This document shows positions 1 to 9,812 of a stretch of DNA of 32,000 nt, piece after piece. The stretch comes from Mesoplasma florum L1. GTDB lineage: Bacteria; Bacillota_I; Bacilli_A; Mycoplasmatales; Mycoplasmataceae. Below the pieces are notes generated by a model. It was given only the letters and a program-made list of their open reading frames with translations. It was not told where the DNA came from and ran no database searches. The stretch covers positions 420,001 to 452,000 of the forward strand of contig NC_006055.1 in NCBI RefSeq assembly GCF_000008305.1. The letters are read 5' to 3'. Position 1 is the first letter of the stretch; each line of letters opens with the position of its first letter. The translations under genes and the position numbers were made by a program.

Positions 1-173
1 AGTATTTCGTCTTCTACTTTTTTATATTCAGCAATTTCTTTTAGATATTCATCATTAATTACTTTAAAAGGTTTGTGTTTAACTGAATAAACATATGACA
101 AAATTCCAACAATTAAAAGTATTATTGCATATAAGATTATTATGCAAATTGCAATTATAAATTTTGAGTCCAT
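1..173 (-). CDS. N-terminal part of a membrane-anchored hypothetical protein, running off the window edge
   Basis: Reads MDSKFIIAICIILYAIILLIVGILSYVYSVKHKPFKVINDEYLKEIAEYKKVEDEI...; one N-terminal TM segment; starts just after the upstream gene's stop. Confidence 0.6.
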   Translation of the reverse strand, partial: MDSKFIIAICIIILYAIILLIVGILSYVYSVKHKPFKVINDEYLKEIAEYKKVEDEI

Positions 174-174
174 T

Positions 175-846
175 TTATTCTTCTTCAAAATCCATTTCAT
201 ATTGTGATCAAATATCAATTAAATTAATTAATGATTCTGCTTTATTTAATATTTCTAAAAATTCATATTTTTTTTCATCATTTATAGTTCTATCAATTTT
301 AAGTAAATTTATCATTAATTTACTTGCTTCTCTTAAATCATTTAAATTAGATTCTTCAAATGCTATTTTTAAAACTTTAATAAATTCATTTTCATTATCA
401 TAGACATTTTTAAATTTTGAAAGTGATTCACCATAAACTTCATTAACTTTTTTAATTATTATTTCTTTGAATATTTCTAAAATATTTTCTTGATTTACAA
501 TTATTTCATTTGCTTTTGATTTAGCTTCTATTGAATCAGTAAATTCAAATAAAAATTCATTAGGTGCTAAAAAATTACTCATAGCTATAGCTATTTGTAA
601 ATCTGAAATAATTTCAAATTCTTCCTTGTGGTTTAAAGATTTAATCTCTTTTAATAAATCTTTTTCTATGTCATTAAGTTTATTTAATAATTTAGTTAAA
701 TCCTCTAACTCTTCAACTTCATTTAAATTATCTAAAAGACTTGTTAATTCTTTTTTATTTTTTAATTCAGCTTCAACATTTTCTAAACTTGAAATAACAA
801 TTGCTAAACCAGGTTCTAAAAAATCAACTTCGATTTCGTTATTCAT
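175..846 (-). CDS. Hypothetical acidic helical protein
   Basis: Track ORF 208..846 continues through TGA (Trp) to TAA at 175-177 (...LINLIDIWSQYEMDFEEE*); AGGAG-like RBS upstream. Confidence 0.8.
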
Positions 847-924
847 CTTCTTTCTCCTTTTAAAGTATAATTATATTTAATTATACCTTATAATATAAAA
901 AAGAATAAGAATAGAGGAGTTATA

Positions 925-1635
925 ATGATTCAAATATTTAAGTTAAAAGAGTTAAATCAAGTTGAATTATCACATTTGGAAGAATTAAATTCTTGATGAG
1001 ATAAACCTGTTGATAAAAAAATTGCAAAATGCAAATTGTTTATTTCAAAGTTTGGACTGCAGCCAAATGATTACATTACATTTGATAGTTTAAAAGAAGT
1101 TAATTTTAATGATTATATAAGGGGTGTAAATAATTATTTAAATTTTTATACACCGAAATTAAAAACAATTGTAAGCGAAAGACATGCTTTTAAAAAATTT
1201 GATAAGTCAATTATAAATTATATGCAATTAAATGGTTATACAGCATCAATAAGTACTATAGCATCATTTTATACAGAAGAAGTAGATCATGATTTAAATA
1301 AATTTAATAAAATTGATGCAATTAATTTTGCAAATAAAGTTTTATTAGAAAAATGAAATAAATTCAAAAGAGAAGTTTTATCTACTTTTGGTGGGAATGA
1401 AATAATTAAAGATGTTATAAAAGGAATATTTGAAAACGAAGTTATTTATGATGGTGTATTTTTTGACTCAAGAATCATTGTAAATACAATTGTAAAATAT
1501 GCATCAAATCTTTTAAAGAAAACTGAAATTACAGAAAAGCAATTTTTAAATATTATGTACTTAGCTTATCTTCAATCTAACTTTATTGAATCTTTTATTT
1601 ATATTTACAAAGGTTTCACAATAAACCTAAAATAA
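925..1635 (+). CDS. Hypothetical protein, 236 aa
   Basis: MIQIFKLKELNQVELSHLEELNSWWDKPVDKK... reading TGA as Trp, ending ...IYKGFTINLK*; GAGG RBS upstream; strong terminator follows. Confidence 0.8.
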
Positions 1636-1668
1636 AAAAACTATTAGGAATTAAACTAATAGTTTTTT
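1635..1668. terminator. Bidirectional intrinsic terminator between convergent genes
   Basis: AAAAAACTATTAG-gaattaaa-CTAATAGTTTTTT, 13-bp perfect stem flanked by A and T runs. Confidence 0.85.
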
Positions 1669-1669
1669 A

Positions 1670-2278
1670 TTAATAAACTTTTATTTCTTCACCGTTAATA
1701 TCACTTTCAATAACGTTAACAAAAGCTAATGCAGCTTTCTCAACAGGGACAGGTTTTACACCTTTGAAATAATCTTCATATTCAACCATTGATTCATTAA
1801 AAACTGAAGGACTAACGCAATTTATTCTAATGTCTTTTTCTATATCAAAAGCGGCTGCTTTAGCAAAAGAAGCTACAGCTCCATTAATCAAGGCATACAT
1901 TGTTCCCATTTTAATAAACTCTTCTTTAATTATTCCTGCAATTAAAGTTATGCTTCCTTTTTCATTTAAATACTTACTTCCTATTAAAACCATATTAACT
2001 TGTCCTAATAATTTACTATTTAAAGAAAACTTTATATCTTCTTGAGTTAAGTTTTCTAAAGGAGCCATTGTAGCTGAACCTGCAGCATTCACAATATGAT
2101 CAACATTCCCAATCTTTTGAAACATTGCTTCAATACTTTCTTTTGAAGTCATATCTACCTGAATATCTCCAGATTTTCTTCCAGCTGTTATTATTTCATA
2201 TTCTTTTTTGCTTTTATTCAATTCTTTAACTATAGCAGTTCCTAGTGTTCCATGACCACCTAAAATTAATACTTTCAT
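1670..2278 (-). CDS. Short-chain dehydrogenase/reductase family protein
   Basis: MKVLILGGHGTLGTAIVKELNK (GxxGxxG Rossmann motif), YALINGAVASFAKAAAFD, NCVSPSVF; RBS AAAGGAG. Confidence 0.85.
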   Translation of the reverse strand: MKVLILGGHGTLGTAIVKELNKSKKEYEIITAGRKSGDIQVDMTSKESIEAMFQKIGNVDHIVNAAGSATMAPLENLTQEDIKFSLNSKLLGQVNMVLIGSKYLNEKGSITLIAGIIKEEFIKMGTMYALINGAVASFAKAAAFDIEKDIRINCVSPSVFNESMVEYEDYFKGVKPVPVEKAALAFVNVIESDINGEEIKVY

Positions 2279-2357
2279 TTAAATCTCCTTTTTTAATTAA
2301 ATTGATTATATAACTATTTTAAAAAATTGATTATTTTTAGTTTATAAATTTAATAAA

Positions 2358-2382
2358 AAAAAGATGCAAAAAGCATCTTTTT
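2358..2382 (-). terminator. Intrinsic terminator downstream of rpsU
   Basis: AAAAAGATGC-aaaaa-GCATCTTTTT inverted repeat. Confidence 0.75.
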
Positions 2383-2404
2383 AGCAAACTAAATTGCTTT
2401 ATTA

Positions 2405-2569
2405 TTATTTGTATTTACGGTTTTGTTTTTGTTTGTAAATTCTTTTTTCTTTTTTACTTAGGTGATATTCACGTTTTCTAGCTTCAGCTTTGTTTGATGA
2501 TGCTACTTTTTGAAATCGTTTAAGAGCTTTTTCGATTGATTCTCCCTCGTGTACGATAATACTTGCCAT
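2405..2569 (-). CDS. rpsU: 30S ribosomal protein S21
   Basis: MASIIVHEGESIEKALKRFQKVASSNKAEARKREYHLSKKEKRIYKQKQNRKYK*; below the ORF track size cutoff but clear S21 sequence. Confidence 0.92.
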   Translation of the reverse strand: MASIIVHEGESIEKALKRFQKVASSNKAEARKREYHLSKKEKRIYKQKQNRKYK

Positions 2570-2700
2570 TTTTTCAACTCCAATTCAATAAACTATTAAT
2601 ATTTTATCTCAATTGGGTTGTAAATTACAATACTTTTAATAAAAATAAAAAAATTTAACCTTTTTTTGTTTTGGTTAAATTTTATTTTCTATAAAAATCA

Positions 2701-3567
2701 TCAAAGTTTTTTGTCAGATTTTTTTCTCATAATAAAGTAAGGTATAAATATTACTAATAAAACAATAGCCAATATTGTGAAAAAAATTAACATACAAAAT
2801 TTATTAGCTGCTTTCTTTAAAGCTATTTGTTCAGCAACTCCAACAATTTCATATCCATAAAATGAATCTATGTTTCCCTTTCTCGAATAATTAAATATTA
2901 AAGAAAAAATTTGGATTATTGCAGTTAATGATAAAATCACAATAAAAATCATAATTTCTGAATCTAAACTAACTTTATCTGATTTATTAACTAAGAATAA
3001 AATTAATGTTGTTAATCCTCCATATAAATAAATACCAAAACAAGTTCAGTTTAAATATATATGTCTTTTTACTATTTTTTTATAACTTTTGATTATAAAG
3101 AATGGGATTCTTTCTTTTCCCATTAATAAGTCAGATTTATAACCTTTAACATCAATCATAATATGTCTTAAATCAATTAATGCAATTACCATAACAATAG
3201 AACTTAAAATTAAAATAGTAATCATGATAGCAGCACTTGGAATTAATTTTGGATCAATTCTTAAGAAGTTTTCTCCATCTTGTAATTTAATGTAATTTAA
3301 TGCTATGAAAAATGCAGATACAATCGAACATATTATTGAAGTAAACATTAAGAATGCTATTTTATATTTTTCCATTTTAATTTCTTTTGCAATTCTTTTG
3401 TTTACTGTTACTGCTTCTAATTCTTTTTTTGAAAATTCAGGTGTAATACCTCTAAACTTATTTTCACCAAATACTGAATCACTAGAATTTACATAATTAG
3501 GATTTTTTATTTGATTTTGTTCATTTGGATTAGGCTGTTGAATCCCATTCATAATTTCATTATTCAT
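2701..3567 (-). CDS. Multi-pass membrane hypothetical protein, 288 aa
   Basis: Track ORFs 3046..3567 and 2701..2952 are one frame joined through TGA (Trp) (...HIYLNWTCFGIYLYGGLTTLILFLVNKSDKVSLDSEIMIF...); several hydrophobic segments. Confidence 0.85.
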
Positions 3568-3815
3568 TATTTGCTTTCCCTTTCTTTAAGTTTTGTTTCT
3601 CTAACTATTGAGTTAATTTCTTCATCTATTTTAATTTTTTCAATTTCTAGATTATTACTACTTTTATCTATTTTTACTTTTGTAACAGCAAACTTTGTTA
3701 GATAAATTAGCAAAGATATCAAAAGAAGTGATGCAAAGAAAATAAAAATAAATAAAAATGGAATTGGTTTCCCAAATATAACTAAAGCATTATTTATGTC
3801 AAATATCCCCTTCAT
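3567..3815 (-). CDS. Small single-TM membrane hypothetical protein
   Basis: MKGIFDINNALVIFGKPIPFLFIFIFFASLLLISLLIYL...; AAAGGGG-type RBS; its stop overlaps the next start (TAATG). Confidence 0.8.
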   Translation of the reverse strand: MKGIFDINNALVIFGKPIPFLFIFIFFASLLLISLLIYLTKFAVTKVKIDKSSNNLEIEKIKIDEEINSIVRETKLKERESK

Positions 3816-3893
3816 GTCATTTCCCCTTTAAATAATTTTATCATTTTTTATTTTTATTTGTTTTTAGTTTAAATAGTGAGCACAGAATAAAAA

Positions 3894-3914
3894 ACTAAAC
3901 AATGAATGTTTAGT
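3894..3914 (-). terminator. Intrinsic terminator downstream of aspS
   Basis: ACTAAACA-atgaa-TGTTTAGT stem followed by a T run on the minus strand. Confidence 0.75.
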
Positions 3915-3915
3915 C

Positions 3916-5649
3916 TTATTTTATTGTTTTAATACTTAATTCACTTAATTGATTGTCTTCAACATAACTAGGTGCATCATTCATCATATCAATCCCTTTT
4001 GAATTTTTAGGGAAAGCTATAACGTCTCTAATTGATTCTGAATGAGTAAGTAACATGATTACTCTATCAATTCCAAAAGCAAAACCAGCATGATTTGGTG
4101 CTCCATATTTATATGCATTTATAAATCAACCAAAGTTTTTCTCAATAGTTTCATCATCCAATCCTACAGCTTCAAACATTCTTTGTTGAATTCCTGAGTC
4201 TGTAATACGAACTCCACCACTTCCAAGTTCAAATCCATTTAAAACTAAATCATATGAATCTGCTATTGCATCTTCTTTATTAGTTTCAAAATCATCAATT
4301 GATTTAATGTTTGGCATTGTAAAAGGGTTATGAGCAGCTACATATCTAGATTCCTCATCACTTCATTCATATAATGGGAAATCAATAATTCATAATAATT
4401 TATAATCATTAGGATCAGCTAAGTTTAAAATTTCAGCAACTTTATTTCTAACTGCACCAAGCATATCTGATATCTTCTCATATTTACCAACGTTTAGTAG
4501 AATAGTTGCTTTATCTTTAATATTAAATTGTTTAATTAAAGCTTGTTTTTCACCATCTGATAAACTTGAAGCGATTGAACCACTTCAAGTTCCATTTTCA
4601 AATTTAGCAAATGCTAAATTATTAAAACTCTTTTGTTTTGCAGTTTCTGTTAAAATTTCTAATTGTTTTTTGCTCAATAATTCTTCAACACAAATTCCTC
4701 TAATTGATAATTTATTTTCTTTAAAACTTTCAAATAATTTGATTTGAGTTTTATCAAATATTTCATTTAAAGTATTAATTTTTAAATCAAATCTAATATC
4801 TGGTTTGTCACTACCATATAAATCTATTGCTTCTCTAAAAGGCATTTTAATTAATTTTTCTTTAAAATCAATTCCTTTAACTTCTAAAAAGATTTTCTTA
4901 ATTACCTTTTCAATTTGGTCTTGAACCTCTGTAGCAGATGCAAATGACATTTCCATATCTAATTGAGTAAATTCAGGTTGACGATCATTTCTTAAATCTT
5001 CATCTCTAAAACATCTAACAATTTGATAATATTTATCAAATCCACTAACCATTAATAATTGTTTATACAATTGGGGAGATTGAGGTAATGCATAAAAAGT
5101 ATTTTTATTTAATCTTGATGGAACTAAGAAATCTCTTGCTCCTTCTGGAGTTGATTTCCCAAAGTATGGAGTTTCAACTTCAACAAAATTATCAGCTTCA
5201 AATTCTTTACGAATTATACTGTTAACTTTTGCTCTTAAAAGCATATTATTTTGTATCTTTTGACGTCTTAAGTCTAAATATCTATATGACATTCTTGTTT
5301 CTTCTGAAACTTCTACATCATTTTCAATAACAAAGGGAGTTAATTCACTTTTATTAATTAATTCAATATTTTTAACTTCAATTTCAATTTCACCAGTAGG
5401 TATATCTGCATTTTTTGATTTACGTTCAATAACTTTACCTGTTATTGAAATTACATACTCAGGTTTTAAATTATTAATTAATTCTTGTTTGTTTTCACCA
5501 ACAACAATTTGTGTAATACCATAAAAATCCCTTAAATCAATAAATGTAATTTGTCCCATTTTACGAATTTTTTTAATTCATCCCTTTAATGTTACTTCTT
5601 GATTTACATTTGAAATGTTTAATTGATTACAATTATGTGTTCTTTTCAT
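3916..5649 (-). CDS. aspS: Aspartate--tRNA ligase
   Basis: [47 protein letters not shown]..., [66 protein letters not shown]; in-frame TGA as Trp. Confidence 0.97.
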
Positions 5650-5651
5650 TT

Positions 5652-6899
5652 CTATTTTTCCCCTTTTAAGTATTTAACAATATCTTTAAATTTCAATTCT
5701 TTAGTTTCACCAGATTTTTGATCTTTTATTGCATAAATATCACTATTAATTGAATTTTCACCAATAATAACGATATTTTTAGATTTCAATCTTTCTGCTG
5801 ATTTAAATCCAGCTTTTAAATTTTTAATATTTCAATTTGTATCAACTTTTAGGTTTGCTGTTCTAGCTTCTAATAAAAGTTTATTTGTTAAAAATTGAGC
5901 ATCATCAGACAACGGTATTATAAATAAATCTAATTCATCTTCATCAGCAACTTTTATTTCTTGATCACTAAGAATCATCATTATTCTTTCAATGCCTATT
6001 GCAAAACCACTAGCAGGTAAATTTGGTCCACCTAGTTCTTCAACTAAATTATTGTATGAACCACCAGCGATAATAGCTTGGTCTGTTTTAATATTTTTAA
6101 ATTCAAAAACTAAGCCTGTGTAATAATCTAATCCTCTTACTAAGTTAAAGTTTATTTTTGCTTCAATTCCTAGTTGCTTTAATTGATCAAATGTTTTATT
6201 CAATCTTTCTTTGTTTTCTTGACTTGCAAATAAAGTCATTTTTGGTGCTTCTGCAAATTTATTACCATCAATTTTACAATCTAATACACGTAAAACATTT
6301 TTATTAATTCTTATTTCACAATCTGAACATAAATCATCAAATAAATTCAAATATTTTTTAAGTTCTAATTCGTATTCTTTTCTTTCATTTCCACTTATTA
6401 AATAATTCATTTCAACAATTACGTCTTTATTAATTTTTAATTCTTTTAAGAATGACTGACCTAAAGAAATTAATTCAACATCATGACTAATTGAATCTAT
6501 ACCAAATGTTTCTACCCCTAATTGATTAAATTGTCTATATCTTCCAGCTTGTGGTCTTTCATATCTAAAAATAGGTCCTATATAAAATGTTTTGTATGGT
6601 AGATTCTCTTGAATATATAATTTATTTTCAATTAAAGCTCTTACAGTTGGAGCTGTTCCTTCTGGTCTTAAAACATATTCACGACCTTTTCTGTCTGTAA
6701 ACTCATACATTTCTTTGCTTACAATATCACTTGAGTCTCCAACACCTCTAACAAATAATTCTTTAGATTCAAACATAGGAGTAATGATTTCACCATAGTT
6801 AAAAAGATTTAGAACTTTTCTAAATTTTTCTTCTACTGCATTTCATTCTTTAGAATTATTTAAAAATAAATCTTGAGTTCCTCTAGGTTTTTGAATCAT
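5652..6899 (-). CDS. hisS: Histidine--tRNA ligase
   Basis: MIQKPRGTQDLFLNNSKEWNAVEEKFRK..., LRPEGTAPTVRALIENKL, GPIFRYERPQAGRYRQFNQ, GLDYYTGLVFE; ends 2 bp before the aspS start. Confidence 0.97.
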
Positions 6900-6971
6900 A
6901 AAATCTCCTTTTGCTTTAAATATTATAACATTTTCATTTATTAACAAATAATAAGGTTTTACAAAATAAAA

Positions 6972-6995
6972 AAAATGATAGAAACCTATCATTTT
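6972..6995 (-). terminator. Intrinsic terminator
   Basis: AAAATGATAG-aaac-CTATCATTTT; minus strand continues into TTTTTATTTTG. Confidence 0.8.
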
Positions 6996-6999
6996 GATA

Positions 7000-8433
7000 T
7001 TAGTTTTGTTCTTGTTCGTCTTCATCAAATAATGAAGGATCTATTTCATAATGTTTTCCTTGCATAGCAGCCATTGTTGCATTTGCTTGTTCAGTTCTTG
7101 CTTTCATAATTTTTTGTACATCTTTTTTAGGATTTACAATTACTAACATTAATGCACCCATTAAAGTTAAAATTGAAGATACTAAAGTTATTACAGATAA
7201 AGTTATAATAATGTCTATTTGAGATTTAAAATCTGAACTTAAAGCTTTTATAAAATCATTATAATAATTACCAGTAACTTCTCCTGGGTTTGATGTATCA
7301 GAAATTTGTTGGATTGTTAGATTTTCAAATGCTTTTCATTTGTTCATAACTAAATCATTTGATATAGAAGCAGAAGAAGTTATAACTATATAAATAAGAA
7401 GAATCGCTATTATTAATAGCATAAAACCACTAACTCTATATTTTAATCTTGATGCATCTTGTTTTTTTCAAAAAGTAAATCCAATATAACCAAATCAAAT
7501 TAAATAAAATGCTCCAAAAATTATAGCTCCTACATTTGTTGTTGATTGTGCAAAAATATTCATAGAGTTAGGTATATTAACTCTTGTTGAAGAAGTGTTG
7601 CTAATTACATAAAAGAAATCCTTAAATTGATCTCATTTTTGATCTTGAAATAATATGTGCATGTAAGAATTATCATTTTTAGAAAGATCAACTTTTATTG
7701 TTCCAACATATATTGTTAAAGCTACATAAAAAATAATTGTAATCAGCATAAGTACTGTGAATAATTTTTTAATAAGTGGCATATATTTTGGTTTTGTTTT
7801 AAAAGGATAAAATTTAGGATTCATAAAAATATTTGGTGGCACATTACCACCCATATTTCCACCAAAAAAGTTTTGTTGTTGATTAAAGTTTTGCTGATTC
7901 ATGTTTTCAGTACTTGAATTAGTTTTCTTTTTGTCAGAATTTGCTTTTTCTTTCTCAGCATTTTCTTTTGCTTCTTTTTCAGCTTTCTCTTTTGCTTCTT
8001 CAGCTAATTTTTCATCCATTTTTTTAACATAATCTGAAGATAATTTAGCATTTGATTCGATGTCTTCAATTGTAAATATTTCTTCTTCATTTGTTAATGT
8101 TTTTCTCATTACTTTATAATTTTCGTTAATGAAAGTAACAACACGTGAATATTCAGCATAAATTTCTTCGCTATTGATGTCATCATCTGCTGCTTCAAAT
8201 CTATTTGAAACTTTAGTTATTTTTACATAAGCCTTTGCAAATTCTGCTGCTACTTTTTTACGGTTATATCTACACTTGAACTTGTCGCTTTCCAAAAGTA
8301 ATAATAAGTCAATTAACTTAATAACTTCTTTTCTAAAAGCTTCTTCTTTTCTTAGAAAATACTTTAATTTATCATTTTTAATAATATTAAACAGTAAATG
8401 TGAAATACTAATATAAATTTTTTTATTATGCAT
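7000..8433 (-). CDS. Membrane hypothetical protein with charged coiled-coil and N/Q/G-rich linker, about 477 aa
   Basis: Start at MHNKKIYISISHLL with GGAGG RBS; track ORF 7633..8469 continues through TGA to TAA at 7000-7002 (...LFDEDEQEQN*); several TM segments in the C-terminal half. Confidence 0.85.
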
Positions 8434-9385
8434 TTTTATCCTCCATGTTTTTAATAAATCTGTATTCAACTATATTGTCTTTATCCATAGTGTTATTTAA
8501 AACACCTTGTTGAATATAATATAATAATTTAATTTTATCATTTAATTCTCTAATGTTAAGTTTATTTGAAATAGCTATCTTAACTCTATAAGGGTGTGCT
8601 TTTGTTATTTGAACAATTTCTTCATTTCTAATTCCTTGTTGTTTCATAACATTTACATCTCTAAAGAAAACAACAGTTGAACTTAATAATGCTATTAATT
8701 TCGAAATATCATCATTCATAAGTAAATAATCTTTATAAAGTTTTAAAAATGTTTTTGTTTCATTATTAACAAAAGCATTTGATAATTCAAAGATGTCGTT
8801 ATCAATATATTTAGATAGATTATTTTTTATATCATCAAGTGTTATAACATCTGATTCTATGTGAGAAAGTTTAGTTAATTCATTTGTTAAAGTTTGCATA
8901 TCTTTTGGAATAGATTGAAATATAAAAGCTGCATCATGATCTGTTATTGATTTTTCATTTCTAGTGAAAAATGCTTTAATATAATTTAAAACTTCATTTT
9001 CTTGCATAGTTTTAACATTAGTTACTTCTAGATTTTCTTCTATATATTTAGCTATTTTTAATCTTTTAGAAATTCTTTCGTTATTTAATGTAAAAATTAC
9101 AACATTGTCGGTTTTACTTTCAAGAATTCTATAAAGTGCTTCTTCTGAATAGTTTCTATGCAAACTTATTTTTTCTTCTGTTGCAAATCAAGCATCACTT
9201 ATTATTAAAATTTTAGGTTCTCCAAATAAGGAGAAAGTATTTAATGAAGTATATATTTCGGATATATCATTATAAATTAAGGAATAATTTTCAACTTCAT
9301 ATTCTTTTTCAGTCAATAAGTTCTTAACTAATTTATTAACTGTTTTAGTTAATAAAAAATGATCCTCTGAATAAATAAAATACAT
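8426..9385 (-). CDS. holA: DNA polymerase III subunit delta
   Basis: MYFIYSEDHFLLTKTVNKLVKNLL...LNTFSLFGEPKILIISDAWFATEEKI...; HolA-like N-terminus and gene position directly divergent from rpsT; GGAGG RBS; TGA as Trp joins two track ORFs. Confidence 0.8.
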
Positions 9386-9478
9386 ACTTACCTCCACAAA
9401 TGTTATTCTTATTTTATATCAATGTTTAGATAAAAATGTTTAAAGAATAAAAATGTTTAATTTTATCTACTTATTTGT

Positions 9479-9484
9479 TATAAT
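9479..9484 (+). promoter_or_regulatory. Probable extended -10 promoter element for rpsT
   Basis: TGTTATAAT (TGnTATAAT) about 39 bp before the rpsT start. Confidence 0.5.
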
Positions 9485-9522
9485 CTAAATTGTACTAAAA
9501 ATTATATAAAGGAGTTGAAATT

Positions 9523-9768
9523 ATGCCAAATATTAAATCACAAAAAAAACGTGTTTTAACTAATGAAAAATCAAGAGCTTCAAATAAAGCAATTAAATCA
9601 GAAATTAGAACAGCGATTAAAAAAGCTTTAGCTGCTAAAAAAGATGAAGCTACTGATGCAACAGATTTAATTAATCACGCAGTTAGTTTAGTTGACAAAG
9701 GTGTTAAAAAAGGTATCTTAAAACCTAATAAAGCTGCAAGAGAAAAATCACGTTTAATGCAAGCGTAA
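9523..9768 (+). CDS. rpsT: 30S ribosomal protein S20
   Basis: MPNIKSQKKRVLTNEKSRASNKAIKSEIRTAIKKAL...GILKPNKAAREKSRLMQA; GGAG RBS. Confidence 0.97.
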   Translation: MPNIKSQKKRVLTNEKSRASNKAIKSEIRTAIKKALAAKKDEATDATDLINHAVSLVDKGVKKGILKPNKAAREKSRLMQA

Positions 9769-9792
9769 TTCTCAACTAAAAAGAAATAATGT

Positions 9793-9812
9793 AAGGCAAC
9801 AATTGTTGCCTT
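9793..9812 (+). terminator. Intrinsic terminator after rpsT
   Basis: AAGGCAAC-aatt-GTTGCCTT followed by attttttt. Confidence 0.85.

Noticed and set aside
3305-3705. Overlapping plus-strand ORFs opposite the membrane protein pair
   Set aside because: Antisense of coding frames that have RBS and TAATG coupling; hydrophobicity is a mirror artefact.
6843-7028. Track ORF MMKTNKNKTNIKMIGFYHFFYFVKPYYLLINENVIIFKAKGDFMIQKPRGTQ...
   Set aside because: The first part crosses a terminator; the real start is MIQKPRGTQ of hisS at 6899 with a GGAG RBS.
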